The notes beneath the pieces are model-generated. The model saw only the letters and a list, made by a program, of their open reading frames with translations, had not been told where the DNA came from and ran no database searches. Shown here one piece after another: positions 14,101-24,426 of a DNA stretch of 64,000 bases. The stretch comes from Savitreella phatthalungensis. Taxonomy: Eukaryota. The DNA lies in the NCBI GenBank assembly GCA_051599415.1, contig AP039700.1, positions 62,001 to 126,000 on the forward strand, written 5' to 3'. The translations under genes were made by a program, and so were the position numbers. Position 1 is the first letter of the stretch; every line of letters begins with the position of its first letter.

Positions 14101-14204
14101 TTGAGCAGGATGATCTGTTGGTCCCGCGAAAGGGCAGCCACTGGTTGGCATAGTCGTGCGCTCTCTGGCGCTGGTGAGAGCGAGGTCGAAGCTGCACCAG
14201 GCAT
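11139..14204 (-). CDS. palB: Calpain-like cysteine protease (PalB/Rim13 family)
   Basis: Intact catalytic triad motifs QTTLNDCAVVASL (Cys), GAHAYTV (His) and IRNPW (Asn), plus WPALIEKAYLK and calpain III-like motifs (SAGGP..F.DNP.Y; PGSYTVVPST). The 5' end is uncertain because a GCTGAC..TTCAG acceptor-like signal lies just upstream of the ATG. Confidence 0.85.
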   Translation of the reverse strand: MPGAASTSLSPAPESARLCQPVAALSRDQQIILLKSSKVAGQSLLLWNSEQVSQQLGNDEHFVEANDRPISLIGHGWSWRRARDIRPDACIHRQALRFAASLYQTTLNDCAVVASLVACCTWIERFATLLVLDNIWPQNHGIPIASSNGRHLCRLFVNGAWRMIAVTDTLPVSPSVGFASIMIGSLTSPDIYWPALIEKAYLKLSRTFVGSHCASDTFMLTGWLPEVVQLEHFRTNIDELVRLLQQWRNGSVLLMVGSKSEVAALSGGNTLVGAHAYTVSDVFDTADKSDLLLEIRNPWRNPDQRECETQTLPLSEIIDLFGTLSINWHPDVWTFRHAEHILIQPQQSPMSAQNLLPVPKFDIKNPASYAISLLVVVSHHRNNDCDAPSHQTSLALHSAHIRVTKCRDALQLTDELVGRDVSFRISVPARSSATLSLIVRSVETPHACSVFFASGGENHDFEQPMIIERRRNLKDPQLMTTIEDSWSPASAGGPANCFSFRDNPSYHLDLDQSAVIDVVLESSPGSYALEDAIQVDIFKGCGIPTEITASDITATPAEYLCGLSHVSTLQPERLADASQCQDSPSDRSSGELLPGSYTVVPSTYVPGRSGPFRLSIYATGIVRDKVKVTRLPDVDAGRSVRRIYGKLSQGSASLAFLLASERRNNVSVFLHVFRKTSVGNSSDKDEVLEDPPLALRPEPIPGSGSTARIWIKAVSLLSESEVMIAETSGKRSVALEHLDLQTDMQLPLPSLETSSTTTDARSRRSASLTSENAPTDAIERSLRKLKLSRVLKLAPGPATPDNLSVYNRSRASSDVSLPDASVSRSDDISADRLSDSSASKPLRKRKLFGLLKGSKVRSTDALPATSQDLEPRTFSDLPDRSSTPASTSAPDKPVPKLPPPRITLARPTTPPDVPSTARKAIDGGITGSIDQDRGKGADVWHMRISFGRLQSLVPIKPGNSTTVVSPPPSSSLSLSSAAAKDSGLHTEAYRDREMWYLLYIVSDSPLRIRVPDHGRLTNSVV

Positions 14205-15087
14205 AGGTATGACTGAACAGTCAGCGTCGATGACATGCTCTGTCTAGCTCCGGAGCATGTTTCCGTGAAGATCAATTGGAACAACCGCACAACCCGCTGT
14301 AAGCGTCGTTTTGGAGAGATCGGAATCAAGAAGGATTCGGAGGACTGATTGCAAAACGTGTCTGATTTACGCCTGGAGTGAGTCGCCTCTTCCGCTCCAA
14401 CTGCTACTACACACGAGCTCGGCTGCACGTAAGAGCAACCCAGAATCGCAGAAGAGATACGCGCATATGCGCCAATCAATTGGACAGCTATGTAAATTAC
14501 ATATTGCATGTCTTGAATTGCCAATGAATATTGATCGATCTTGCATGGAGCAGTCGCACGTGTCTGTGGATAGTCTGATGGATTGAAAATTCCAATTAAT
14601 TCAAAAATCAATTGAAATTCAAAAATGCCATAGATCAGTTCATCAAATTGATCAATCATCGCGCGATCATGCATGCATTTGCAAGATCGACCCTGGACTT
14701 TGTGAATTCAGAAGTTTGCAACGAAATCTAAATCATATCGATCAATGAAGCAAGCAAGATCAAAGGATTGGTATGCATACCTGTATACTAGCTATGTATA
14801 CAGTATAGATACTGTACTCTGTGCGCTCCCTGGTCAGATCGATGCTGTTTTAATCTTTTTTCTCTTTTTGTTCGATGACGTCCAAGTGAAAGACAGCGAT
14901 CCACTCATGACGCTGTCTCAGAAGGCAACTAGTACTACAGTATGTTGAATAAACGCGTCGTGTGGACCACACAGAATCTCTTTGCACGCGCCAGCATTAC
15001 ATTATTCTCGAGCTTCCACCAAGGCCGATCCAGGGATCTAGCATAGCAAAGAAGGGGTATTGTCTTGAAAATTGCCTGGTAAACGAG

Positions 15088-16629
15088 ATGAATGACTACG
15101 AGAAAGCTCGTGCAGAGAACATTGCCAAAAATGAGGAGCTGCTTCGTGAGATTGGTCTGACAGGGGCAGCAGCGCGGATCAAGAGGGAGACACAGCCAAA
15201 ATCGACCGCTAGACGACCGAGACCGAAGCCCAAGCCAAGAGAAGAGAATGTTCCACGACGGACGTCTTCCAGATTGTCCGGACTGCCGGCAGATTCTGAG
15301 GTCGCTCGCAAGAAGGCGGAAGCTGAACATGAAGCACTCATGGAGCAGGAACGAGCAAAAAGACGGCGCGTCGAAGGGCCAATAGAGCTTGTTGATGTGA
15401 TTCAAGATGGAGGTACCTGGGAAATTGCGAAATCCATCCTCGCAGATGCCACGAGCACGTCAGTCAAGCGGGAATACCGCCCTCGTGGCGACAAGACGAG
15501 CAGCGCTCAGGAAGCCAAGGAGCTTGCAAGTCTGCGTCAAGAACTCTCTTCGCTCAACCTGCACACGAAATTCCATGTCAACGACGTTCGGATATGCCCA
15601 GAGCGTATCTACTGTACAACCATGCACCCTGGTGTGACGAAGAAGCTGGCAATCGCCGGCGACAAGGTCGGCTACCTCGGAATATGGGACATTGACAACG
15701 CTGAGATTAAGAGCGAAGGAGACGTCAAGGCCGAGGAAGTCGCAGAAGATGAAGAGGGCATCGACGATGGTGCGGGACCGGTCATTCATCATTTCAAGCT
15801 ACACTCCCGGGCAATTTCTGCTCTCGCATTTGACCCGATCAATGGCAATCAGATGTACTCTGCTTCCTACGACGGAAGCGTACGGTGTCTCGACCTACCT
15901 TCGGGGCGCGCTATCGAGACCTTCGTTTCAGAAGGCGATAGCGCGCTTTCACAAGTAGAAGTGCATCCAGACGGCCGCGGTCTGTACTTCAGTGACATTC
16001 AAGGCAACGTCAGTTTCAAAGATTTGCGATCGAAGGACGTGCAATCGTTCGAACTCCATGAACGGAAAGTAGGTGCCATGGGTATGCATCCGATGGAGCC
16101 GCATTTAATCTGTACTGCGTCCCTCGATAGGACCATGAAGGTCTGGGACTGGCGCGGAGCCTCAAGTTCTCGGGGCCGACGCAAGTCCGGCGGCGCAAAC
16201 GGGCCGACCTGCCTCGCCTCTTACACGTGTAATCTCAGCGTGTCGTCTGCCTTCTTCAATAGCGCTGGTGCAGTGCTTGCGACCGCCTATGACGACACGC
16301 TGTGCGTGTTTGACGGACCCTGGACAGACGTCGGGAAAGACGTCCAGGAATTGACACCGAGTACGATCGTGCGCCACAATAACCAAACAGGTCGCTGGCT
16401 GACAGTCTTCAAGGCACACTGGCAGACGAATCCTGCAGATGGACTGCAAAAGTTTTGCTGTGGCAATATGAAGCGAAAGGTCGACCTGTTCGATGCCAAG
16501 GGCAACGTGCTGGCTGAGCTAAAGGACGTCGATCAAGTGACTGCTGTGCCGGCCGTCGTTGAGTTCCATCCTTCCCAGAACTGGATTGTGGCTGGCAATG
16601 CTTCTGGCAAGTGTTTATTCTGGTCGTAG
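15088..16629 (+). CDS. CMR1: WD40 DNA damage-binding protein Cmr1/WDR76
   Basis: Start MNDYEKARAENIAKN, RRTSSRL motif, WD40 repeats (SASYDGS, TASLDRTMKVWD), HNNQTGRWLT, and C-terminal GNASGK. Confidence 0.9.
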   Translation: MNDYEKARAENIAKNEELLREIGLTGAAARIKRETQPKSTARRPRPKPKPREENVPRRTSSRLSGLPADSEVARKKAEAEHEALMEQERAKRRRVEGPIELVDVIQDGGTWEIAKSILADATSTSVKREYRPRGDKTSSAQEAKELASLRQELSSLNLHTKFHVNDVRICPERIYCTTMHPGVTKKLAIAGDKVGYLGIWDIDNAEIKSEGDVKAEEVAEDEEGIDDGAGPVIHHFKLHSRAISALAFDPINGNQMYSASYDGSVRCLDLPSGRAIETFVSEGDSALSQVEVHPDGRGLYFSDIQGNVSFKDLRSKDVQSFELHERKVGAMGMHPMEPHLICTASLDRTMKVWDWRGASSSRGRRKSGGANGPTCLASYTCNLSVSSAFFNSAGAVLATAYDDTLCVFDGPWTDVGKDVQELTPSTIVRHNNQTGRWLTVFKAHWQTNPADGLQKFCCGNMKRKVDLFDAKGNVLAELKDVDQVTAVPAVVEFHPSQNWIVAGNASGKCLFWS

Positions 16630-16668
16630 ATCACGCACTGAAAGCGCACGATCTTGGCATTCCACTGA

Positions 16669-17217
16669 TCACCTGTAGGTCGGAAAGTCATCAGCAGCGA
16701 TTAGATTAGATTCGCCATGGCCGGCAATCGACTCCTGCAGCTTATCGCGTCTCAACGGCCGACGCATATCAAAGGCGTCCTCATCCGAGCTGCCATCGGG
16801 ATTAGAATAGTAGTCGACGACTCTCCTGTAGCACACGTAGCCCATGCGCTTGTACATGTCAATGGCCAGGTAATTCGACGCCCTGACGAAGAGATCAACG
16901 AAGTAAGCGTCGTACGCATCCTCACTGCCTTGTTCAAGTGACTGCATGAGCTTGCGTGCGAGACCGAGTCTTCTGTATTCGGGTGCGATCGTGACCGCGG
17001 TCACATGGCCGTGCCAGTCATTACCCCTCCCCTCGCACTTTCCCATGATATATCCCATTAGTTTGGCATCCGCGGTCGATACGCAAGTGAAGAGGTCAGG
17101 CCATCGTGCCAGATAGCCGAGGTAGAATTGGATATTGTATGTCTCGGTCAACACATCGAGATTGACGTTGTTGAACTCGAGCAGGTCTGTTGCCCTGAAC
17201 CTTCTGCACGTCGTCAT
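16669..17217 (-). CDS. NAT3: NatB N-terminal acetyltransferase catalytic subunit
   Basis: MTTCRRF...NNVNLDVLTETY, WHGHVTAVTIAPEYRRLGLA, FVDLFVRASN, EDAFDMR. Confidence 0.95.
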   Translation of the reverse strand: MTTCRRFRATDLLEFNNVNLDVLTETYNIQFYLGYLARWPDLFTCVSTADAKLMGYIMGKCEGRGNDWHGHVTAVTIAPEYRRLGLARKLMQSLEQGSEDAYDAYFVDLFVRASNYLAIDMYKRMGYVCYRRVVDYYSNPDGSSDEDAFDMRRPLRRDKLQESIAGHGESNLIAADDFPTYR

Positions 17218-17795
17218 GCCCAGGAGCTTCCGCGAGAGTTCTGACTGCTTATATGACCATTCGATACAGTGATGAGCTACTGTACTCACAAGACGTCTCC
17301 AGCAGTCGTGGATATTGTGGTTGATTCGAATGCTGGACTCATCGACGTTTCGTCCACACTGGCTGTCACGTAGGCGCTACATCTCATACGACGTACTGTA
17401 CACACTTTGGTGAAGAAATGCATGCATCCAGCTGCAATTGATCTTGTGAATTCAGTCATTTGCGCTGATGATTATTTTTTTATAGGGTGGATAAATAACC
17501 CTTGACCAGCTTCTGCGTGCAGTTCATAGCTAGCTAGGTGTATAGTTGGCTAGCAGCTGTATTGGTCAATAGCGCCCGCGTGATTGATACATCATGCAAT
17601 ACTGTACTGTAATACAAACAGATCAATCACCGCGAGATCGAGAGACGTGGACCGATGCAGCTAGTTCAATAGAGCTATCCATGCGCAACGTCACCGGCGC
17701 GTGAATCAGCACGACACGATAGCCTACGAAAAGTTTAGAAAGCTCTTGGGATCGAACTAGTCGTGATCTGCGGGTCGCAGGTTCGAACCTCACAG

Positions 17796-19802
17796 ATGTC
17801 CGGCTATGTGTCGCCATACGAACAAGATAACCCTTTCGCCGATATGAGAGGGACTAGCCACCCTGTGGATACACAGTCCTCGAGCGATGTTGTGCGGCAA
17901 GAAGCTGTCACTTCGTTTGGTCTTCAGCAGCAGACGCAAACAGATTCATCAATCGATCACGCGGCCGAAGACCCCGTCGCCGCGATCGTGTCCGACAAAG
18001 GCTCACTCGACACCATGACCGAGTCCAGAGACGAAGTGGCAGCAGTGTCGAAAACAGCACACATTACGAGCTCTTCAAAGCCTATCTCGTCTCCGGTCAA
18101 AGCTGCAGGCAAGCGTACTTCAGCGCGCAGATCTAACCGAGCTGCTGCACTGTCAGCTCGCCTGGAAAATGTCGATCTCGACGTCGATCCGCTTGGACCA
18201 CTAGGCCACAGCAGCACGGATTTTTCTGAGCAGGTCTCTCCACAACTCCCCCAAGCAGTATTCTCCTCGACGGCAGCGACCGCATCCACACGACCATCAC
18301 GGGCTACGAGTGATGATGAAGGGCTAGCCGGCACCGTAGGAACAGCAAGCAGCCACGCAGCCGGAAATGTGCAGGCGGAACATACAACAAACCCTGTATT
18401 CCGCATCACCGTCGGCGACCCCACGAAGATTGGAGACATCACATCTGCACATACCGTTTACAGGGTCAACACACAGACGACGAGCAACGCTTTCAAGAAC
18501 AGCGAGATGAGCGTGACAAGGCGCTTCCGCGATTTCCTGTGGCTCTACGATCAATTAAACCGCAACTGTCCAGGCGCGATCGTGCCACCTCCGCCTGAAA
18601 AGCAGGCTGTTGGGCGCTTCGAAAACGACTTTGTCGAGCAGCGACGCTTCTCTCTCGAACGCATGCTTGATCGGATTGGCAAGCACGCGGTACTGTGCAA
18701 TGACGCTGATTTCAAGCTTTTCTTGGAGAGCGAGTCGTTCAGCAACGACGTGAAACATCGGCCCGTGGATCAGAGGCATGCTCATGAGCAGAATAAGGGC
18801 TTTCTTGGCCTCGGCAGCGCTTTCTCCTTCTCAGGCAAGTTTGTCGAGCCGGACGATTTCTTTGAGAAGAAGCGTACTTTGTTTGATACTCTTGAAACAC
18901 AACTAATCGCCATGGCTCGGACCATGCACACTGTCATGAGGCAACGCAACGAGCTGGCAAGCGCGACAAGCGAATTTGGGGCTGCACTTTCGAGCCTTAG
19001 TACTGTTGAACTTTCGAGATCTCTTTCTAATGCGCTGGGCAATCTTTCGGATTTACAAATCAAGATCAAAGAGCTGCATGAGCGGCAGGCTCAGCAAGAT
19101 TTCCTGACTTTAGGCCACACAATCGAGGAGTACGTTCGAGCGATAGGCAGTGTCAAAGCTGCCATGCAGGCTCGTCAAAAGCTCTGGGCCTACTGGCAGC
19201 AAGCTGAAAGCGATTGTTCCAAGCGGAAATCCACCTCCGACAAGCTCAAGCTGAAGGGAAAGACACAGCAGGACAGGATGGCGCAAGCCGCAGAGGGGCT
19301 TACTGAGGCTGAACGTCGTGTTCTGGCAGCCAAAACTGATTTTGAGCAATCTTCCAAGAGGCTCCGGCAAGAGCTTGTGCGATTCGATACCGAGAAAGTC
19401 GAAGACTTCAAAGCCAGCGTCGAAATGTATCTCGAGTCTGCAGTAGAAGCCCAGAAGGAAGTGATTGAGCACTGGGAATTCTTCAGCGACTTACTCACAC
19501 GGGAGCTCGATGATGATCATGCAGAAGCAGCTACGGGCTCAGATCGACCACCACCGGAGGTTGACAGCGTCGATCCCGTGGACACCCGTAGCCACGACCC
19601 TGGACCCGGGAGCTCTGCGGAACTCCAAGTACCGAGTCAAGATCCAGTGGTGGGGCACCCCGAAGAGTCTGAATCGACGACGCCGTCATCATCCGCGGCA
19701 TTAGGATCTACTCTCTCCCCTCCGGTATTCGATAGGCCGCTCACTGCATCAGCGGTGCCGATTCCTGCTGATGAGGCAAATCCTTTTGCTAGTGATAGAT
19801 GA
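17796..19802 (+). CDS. VPS5: Retromer sorting nexin Vps5 (PX-BAR)
   Basis: PX domain ITVGDPTKIGD...RRFRDFLWL...PPPPEKQAVGRF...FVEQRR followed by a BAR coiled-coil. Confidence 0.92.
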   Translation: MSGYVSPYEQDNPFADMRGTSHPVDTQSSSDVVRQEAVTSFGLQQQTQTDSSIDHAAEDPVAAIVSDKGSLDTMTESRDEVAAVSKTAHITSSSKPISSPVKAAGKRTSARRSNRAAALSARLENVDLDVDPLGPLGHSSTDFSEQVSPQLPQAVFSSTAATASTRPSRATSDDEGLAGTVGTASSHAAGNVQAEHTTNPVFRITVGDPTKIGDITSAHTVYRVNTQTTSNAFKNSEMSVTRRFRDFLWLYDQLNRNCPGAIVPPPPEKQAVGRFENDFVEQRRFSLERMLDRIGKHAVLCNDADFKLFLESESFSNDVKHRPVDQRHAHEQNKGFLGLGSAFSFSGKFVEPDDFFEKKRTLFDTLETQLIAMARTMHTVMRQRNELASATSEFGAALSSLSTVELSRSLSNALGNLSDLQIKIKELHERQAQQDFLTLGHTIEEYVRAIGSVKAAMQARQKLWAYWQQAESDCSKRKSTSDKLKLKGKTQQDRMAQAAEGLTEAERRVLAAKTDFEQSSKRLRQELVRFDTEKVEDFKASVEMYLESAVEAQKEVIEHWEFFSDLLTRELDDDHAEAATGSDRPPPEVDSVDPVDTRSHDPGPGSSAELQVPSQDPVVGHPEESESTTPSSSAALGSTLSPPVFDRPLTASAVPIPADEANPFASDR

Positions 19803-20285
19803 TGTAGCTAGTGAGCCTGCTTGGTTTGATCAAATCGTCGATGTTCTCTAGGAATCATCGAAAAATATCAACGAGCTCTTCGATTTCGACGTGGAAATTT
19901 CCGCCGACTCAGCTTGCAAATTGATCGTGGCTTGAAGGCTCCTGCAGTTGCACATGCTGATTGTCGAGATCCAGTCAAGGTGCATTTGAAAATCGCAGAA
20001 GATGGCACGAGCGATGAAATCGATAGCAAGCGCTCCGTCGTGCATTCGAAGATTGAACGAGATCGTCAGATCAGAAGGGATCAATGATCGATTGAATTGG
20101 ATTGAATTTATATACAGGCCATGACACGTGATTCTATCAAGCGTGTGAAAATACTCAATTCCGTGCTTGCAACGGCTCACTCCACCGCTACGACATTCAC
20201 TCGGGCAATCAGCATCGGGAGGGACAAGTAACCTGTAGCAAACAAAAATAACCCATAGAGCCTATTTTGTGCAGACACCGCAGAG

Positions 20286-20471
20286 ATGGCGAAGTCAAAG
20301 AACCACACGAATCACAACCAGAACAAGAAAGCTCACCGTAACGGTATCAGGCGGCCGAAGTCCAACAAGCACGCTTCCATGAAGGGTGTGGACCCAAAGT
20401 TCAGGCGCAATCTGAAGTACGCTCAGCAGGGAACTCAGAAGGCTCTGCGTGAAGCCAAGGCAGCTGCTTAG
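20286..20471 (+). CDS. RPL29: 60S ribosomal protein L29 (eL29)
   Basis: MAKSKNHTNHNQNKKAHRNGI...KGVDPKFRRN. Confidence 0.98.
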   Translation: MAKSKNHTNHNQNKKAHRNGIRRPKSNKHASMKGVDPKFRRNLKYAQQGTQKALREAKAAA

Positions 20472-21186
20472 ACCCATCACGAGATCGCGACAGAAGCTCA
20501 GGTTACGGCCAATGCTGTACAAATGGTGAAGAGTTCGCGCGACAATATAAGAACTTGAGCCAGCACATCACATCGAGAAACCTTCTCAACCTCTAATGGC
20601 ATTTTTCATGAACTGCGCAGGCGCGAAGCGGCCTCCTTGCACGATGCTGTGTACCCTTACTGAAGTGCGAGAGTGCTGTCACAATATTGGCGGCCAACGT
20701 GACATGTTCATGCATGGTGGCCGAGCTGCAAACGATGCCTAAATCATCAGCATTACATTGCGGCTACTCATCGATTCAAGCACGAGTGTGTAAGGCGCTG
20801 ACGAACCCTCCATCGTCATTGCGTCCTAAGGAATTTTTCCGTGCCAGAGAAACGAGCGACGAGGCTCAAGCCTACCGTTCATGTCACCGGTTTGATCTGC
20901 AATCATTTCAGAGCGTCTTCTTGCGCCCAGGATGTCGCTTTTACGCCAGTGATAACAGCTCCAGTGCAACGTGCCATCCTGCCATCGTGCGTGTATCAGT
21001 CGTCCATGCCAAAACTCTGCCATGTCTCCTAGATAGGAGCCCGCGCTTGCTGGAAAGTGTTGCTCATTTCTAAAATTACGGATATATTTTTGGACAGAAA
21101 CTGCTTCATGGTAAGAACCTAAAATCTTCCTCGTTCCTTGTGGTGAAACGCGGTTTTTGCGACTGTAGACAGAGTCGCCAGAGCCA

Positions 21187-23983
21187 TCACAGACCTCGGA
21201 CGACTATTGGCCACATCTCAGAATGCCACTCAGAGGCGTATGAGCTCGAATTCAGGGCCAAAGGCATGATTGCATGCATTATGAGCAGCCAGGATAGTGG
21301 CAAATTGGCTGTGATAGTGGCAATGCGGTCAATTGGTCGCGCGAAGTATGCAAAGTAGATTTGCATCAATGCCAACAGGACGCACGTAGCGTAAACGTAC
21401 TTGAAGTCACGCCAGATGCGCGGTAATTCGGTGAGGAAGTCGCTCTGTTCAAGTGTCTTGACAGTAGCTCCCCAGCTGATATCCTGTTAGAATCGTTAGT
21501 TAGCCAAATGATGTATACCGCATGCGAAGACTGTTGTACCAAGGTAAACATATGTGCGATGAGAGCATACGAAAGATGCATCGACAGACCGCCCAAGAAG
21601 ATCACGAGAGGGATCGACCATTTCAAATTCTCATACAATGCTCGCCAGAATCCTTGCCAACGGGCGCGATATTTGCTGGCTGCGTTGGAGATTGGGCCGA
21701 GGACGTTGAAGACCAAGAGAACTGAAACAAATACACCGAACCCTTCATTGAAGAACGCGTATGACTGTGACGTGAAGTACAGGTACCAGCCAATGACGAA
21801 GTAATTGACTATAAGCAAAGGCCAAGCAGCAATAGCATAATAAGTGCCAATGTACGAGACCATTGTGAACTTCGAGAAGGAATTCAGATCTGACTTCAGA
21901 AAAGAAATGAAGATGTCGGTGAACGGTCCTTGTCTTGGCCACTTGCTGAAAGGATTGAACACGAGCTCCGAGCACCCGTATGCATACTTTGACCATCGAA
22001 GGAGCTCATCGTAGCAAGTCAACGAAACACCTTCCTCGAAACCCTCTTCGGAATATGTTGCATATCGTGAAATATAGCCTTTGGTCAGTGGTATGAACCA
22101 GAGTGCAATAGAACATGCCAAACTCACCCTTAGTCTGCAACTTGAGCGACATCTCGAAGTCTTCAGACACATGTTCTTCCGACCAGTATTTCAATTTGCC
22201 ATCGACAGGGTCCCGCTTTGCGATCTCTTGCAATGCACTCCATCGAAGAAACGCATTGTGACCAACGAAAGCTGCTGTGTCTCCAGAAGCAGTCGCCCAC
22301 TGCAAGGAGAAATAGATGCACCGCGTAAAATACGCTGCAATTGTCAGTCAAAGTGTGCGTGACAGCGTTTCGAAGCTTACTGATAGCATTTTCCCAGAAA
22401 TCATGAACGACCTGCATCACGCCGGACTGATGCTGAAGTATGGCGACTTGTGGCGAGCGACCGAATTCACCTGACGCAATTGAGTCAGTGAATAGCTCTC
22501 AAATTGAGACCGACTCGAAGGTGTTACCTGCTGCGTCGAGAAAGCAATCCTCCGGAACTCGCGTGTCACTATCTATTAGCAAAATTATTTCTCCCATCTT
22601 GATAGCGCCTGCGGCCCATGCAATGTGGCCAGATTGTGCTTTGACCTCATCGATCGATTCTTGAAGTGATTGTTCGATAAGACGGGCTTCATCCTCCGCA
22701 GACCAGCCCGCGGATCGCCTGGAAACGCCGCGTAATCGCAATTCGACTCGATTTGACAAGTCCATTGCGAAATTCATGTTCGATGCCTTCTTGAACCGAC
22801 CTGCCCGTACAAATCCATCATGTCCATGGCCCGGACGGGCTACCCAGCCAATGTGATTTCGACGATAGAACTCTTTGCGCAGCTCACGTTCGTCGTCCTT
22901 GATGAGCTGTAAGCCATCATCATTGATGAATATAGATGCTGTGCCACCTTGTCGCTCATAAGTGGCGATCGCTCGCTGCAGACTATGAACAGTGGGCATG
23001 ATAACATCCGATAGACCTTCCTTGTAAACCGGGCATTGAACGGTGATATGCGGAAGCGGCCCTTCAAAGCGCAACGGCCGCCTGCAGGAGTAGAACTTGC
23101 TGTCCTGGAAGAGTTGATTGATCGGCCCAACAAAATTAATGACGGAGACAATAAGCATGAGGGAGAAGAAGCTCGTCATGAGGAAGAGAAAAGGGAAGTA
23201 AGTGACGAACCCAAGGCGAAAATAGGTTTTGCTTCTCAAAGACTCATAGACGATCGTCCTCGTAGCTAAAGATATGATGAAAAAGTTCAAGAGAATGGTG
23301 CAAAAGACCATGACAGGCAGAAGAATCTGTACCGGTCGCTCAACTTGACTGCTCGCTGCAGCACTGGTACAGGAAGCTTCGGCAGGTCCAGTCTTTGTGT
23401 GCGTCTTTCCTGCATTGATGAACGACGCAACACACTTTTCCGTTTCCCGAATGAGCATGCACATCTGATTGAAGTCTTCGCCCCAAACGAATAATTTCCC
23501 GTTGAGATAGGCTAATTGCTGGTAACGCCTACAGTGGAGAGCATCTTGGATGTCGTTCCATATCTGAATATGAAGATCGTCCTTGAGGGCCAGGTCAGAC
23601 AAGACCAGCTTCTGCTCGCGCATTTGTTCTTCATAATCCCGTAGGAGTGCTGAGTTGATGACAAGACAAATGGAGACATTCAAACCAGCGGCCACGGATA
23701 TGTGATCGCATGCAGAATGTGCGTTACTGCACATATAGCCTCGCTCTTTCCGGACGACAACGGCGCAGCAATCTTCGGGCGTAATCCAATCGCGCGACAT
23801 GCATGTTTCGCCTATATGTGTTAGCATGCTGGAATAGACATCTTTCCACGGCGGACTAGTCATTTGGTCCAAGTCCTCTTTAGCTTTCTTCACTAATTGA
23901 CCTTGTGATAGGCCGGCGGGCTCGCTACGGTTGCCTTTCTCTGCATCGTGGTCCGATGAGGACGTTTTTTTCAAGAATTTCAT
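21187..23983 (-). CDS. Membrane GT2-family glycosyltransferase, paralog A; exons 23983-22528, 22470-22381, 22334-22128, 22078-21540, 21483-21187
   Basis: ITVQCPVYKE, DDG, FKKASNMN, LLIDSDTRVPEDC, GHNAFLR, HVSEDF, ELLRWSKYAYG and multiple TM helices. Four GT-AG introns (22527-22471, 22380-22335, 22127-22079, 21539-21484) with CTGAC/CTAAC branch sites join the pieces in frame. Confidence 0.9.
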
Positions 23984-24426
23984 CAGTCCACGAGGTGCCT
24001 CAGCGCTTGACCTTTACGTCGGAAAACACAATAAGGCGGCCGCTGACTACTAGATAGTACCTCATGTCTTGTGTCAAAGGTGTCCAAGACTCTTGTAGCC
24101 ACCGTGGCACATCATTGATCGATCACTTTCAAAATTGCGACTAGCTGTCTTTGTTCGTGACGACCATTGTCTTAATTTTATATGTGATAATTCATTTGAT
24201 CGACTCGTGCTGCGAATCTGTTGATACGCTGCAGTGGCGACTTTACGTCCCGCGACCACATCATGGCCTGGAGTATGCATTTCGCCTCTTTGGAACTTAC
24301 ATACAGTAGGTACGCGCCACCATTTCGTGACTGATCATGATCTCGAAGAGACGAATACTATTTGCTGCAATGCTTCGTCGATAATTCAATCTTAGAGTGT
24401 GCGGGTGATGCTTCCGGGAAACTGGG

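Noticed and set aside
14962..15087. N-terminal extensions given by the ORF track (CMR1; likewise MAPK, NAT3, VPS5, SMC1, TPS2, SDR)
   Set aside because: They start at GTG/TTG, which is not expected in fungi; homology begins at downstream ATGs.
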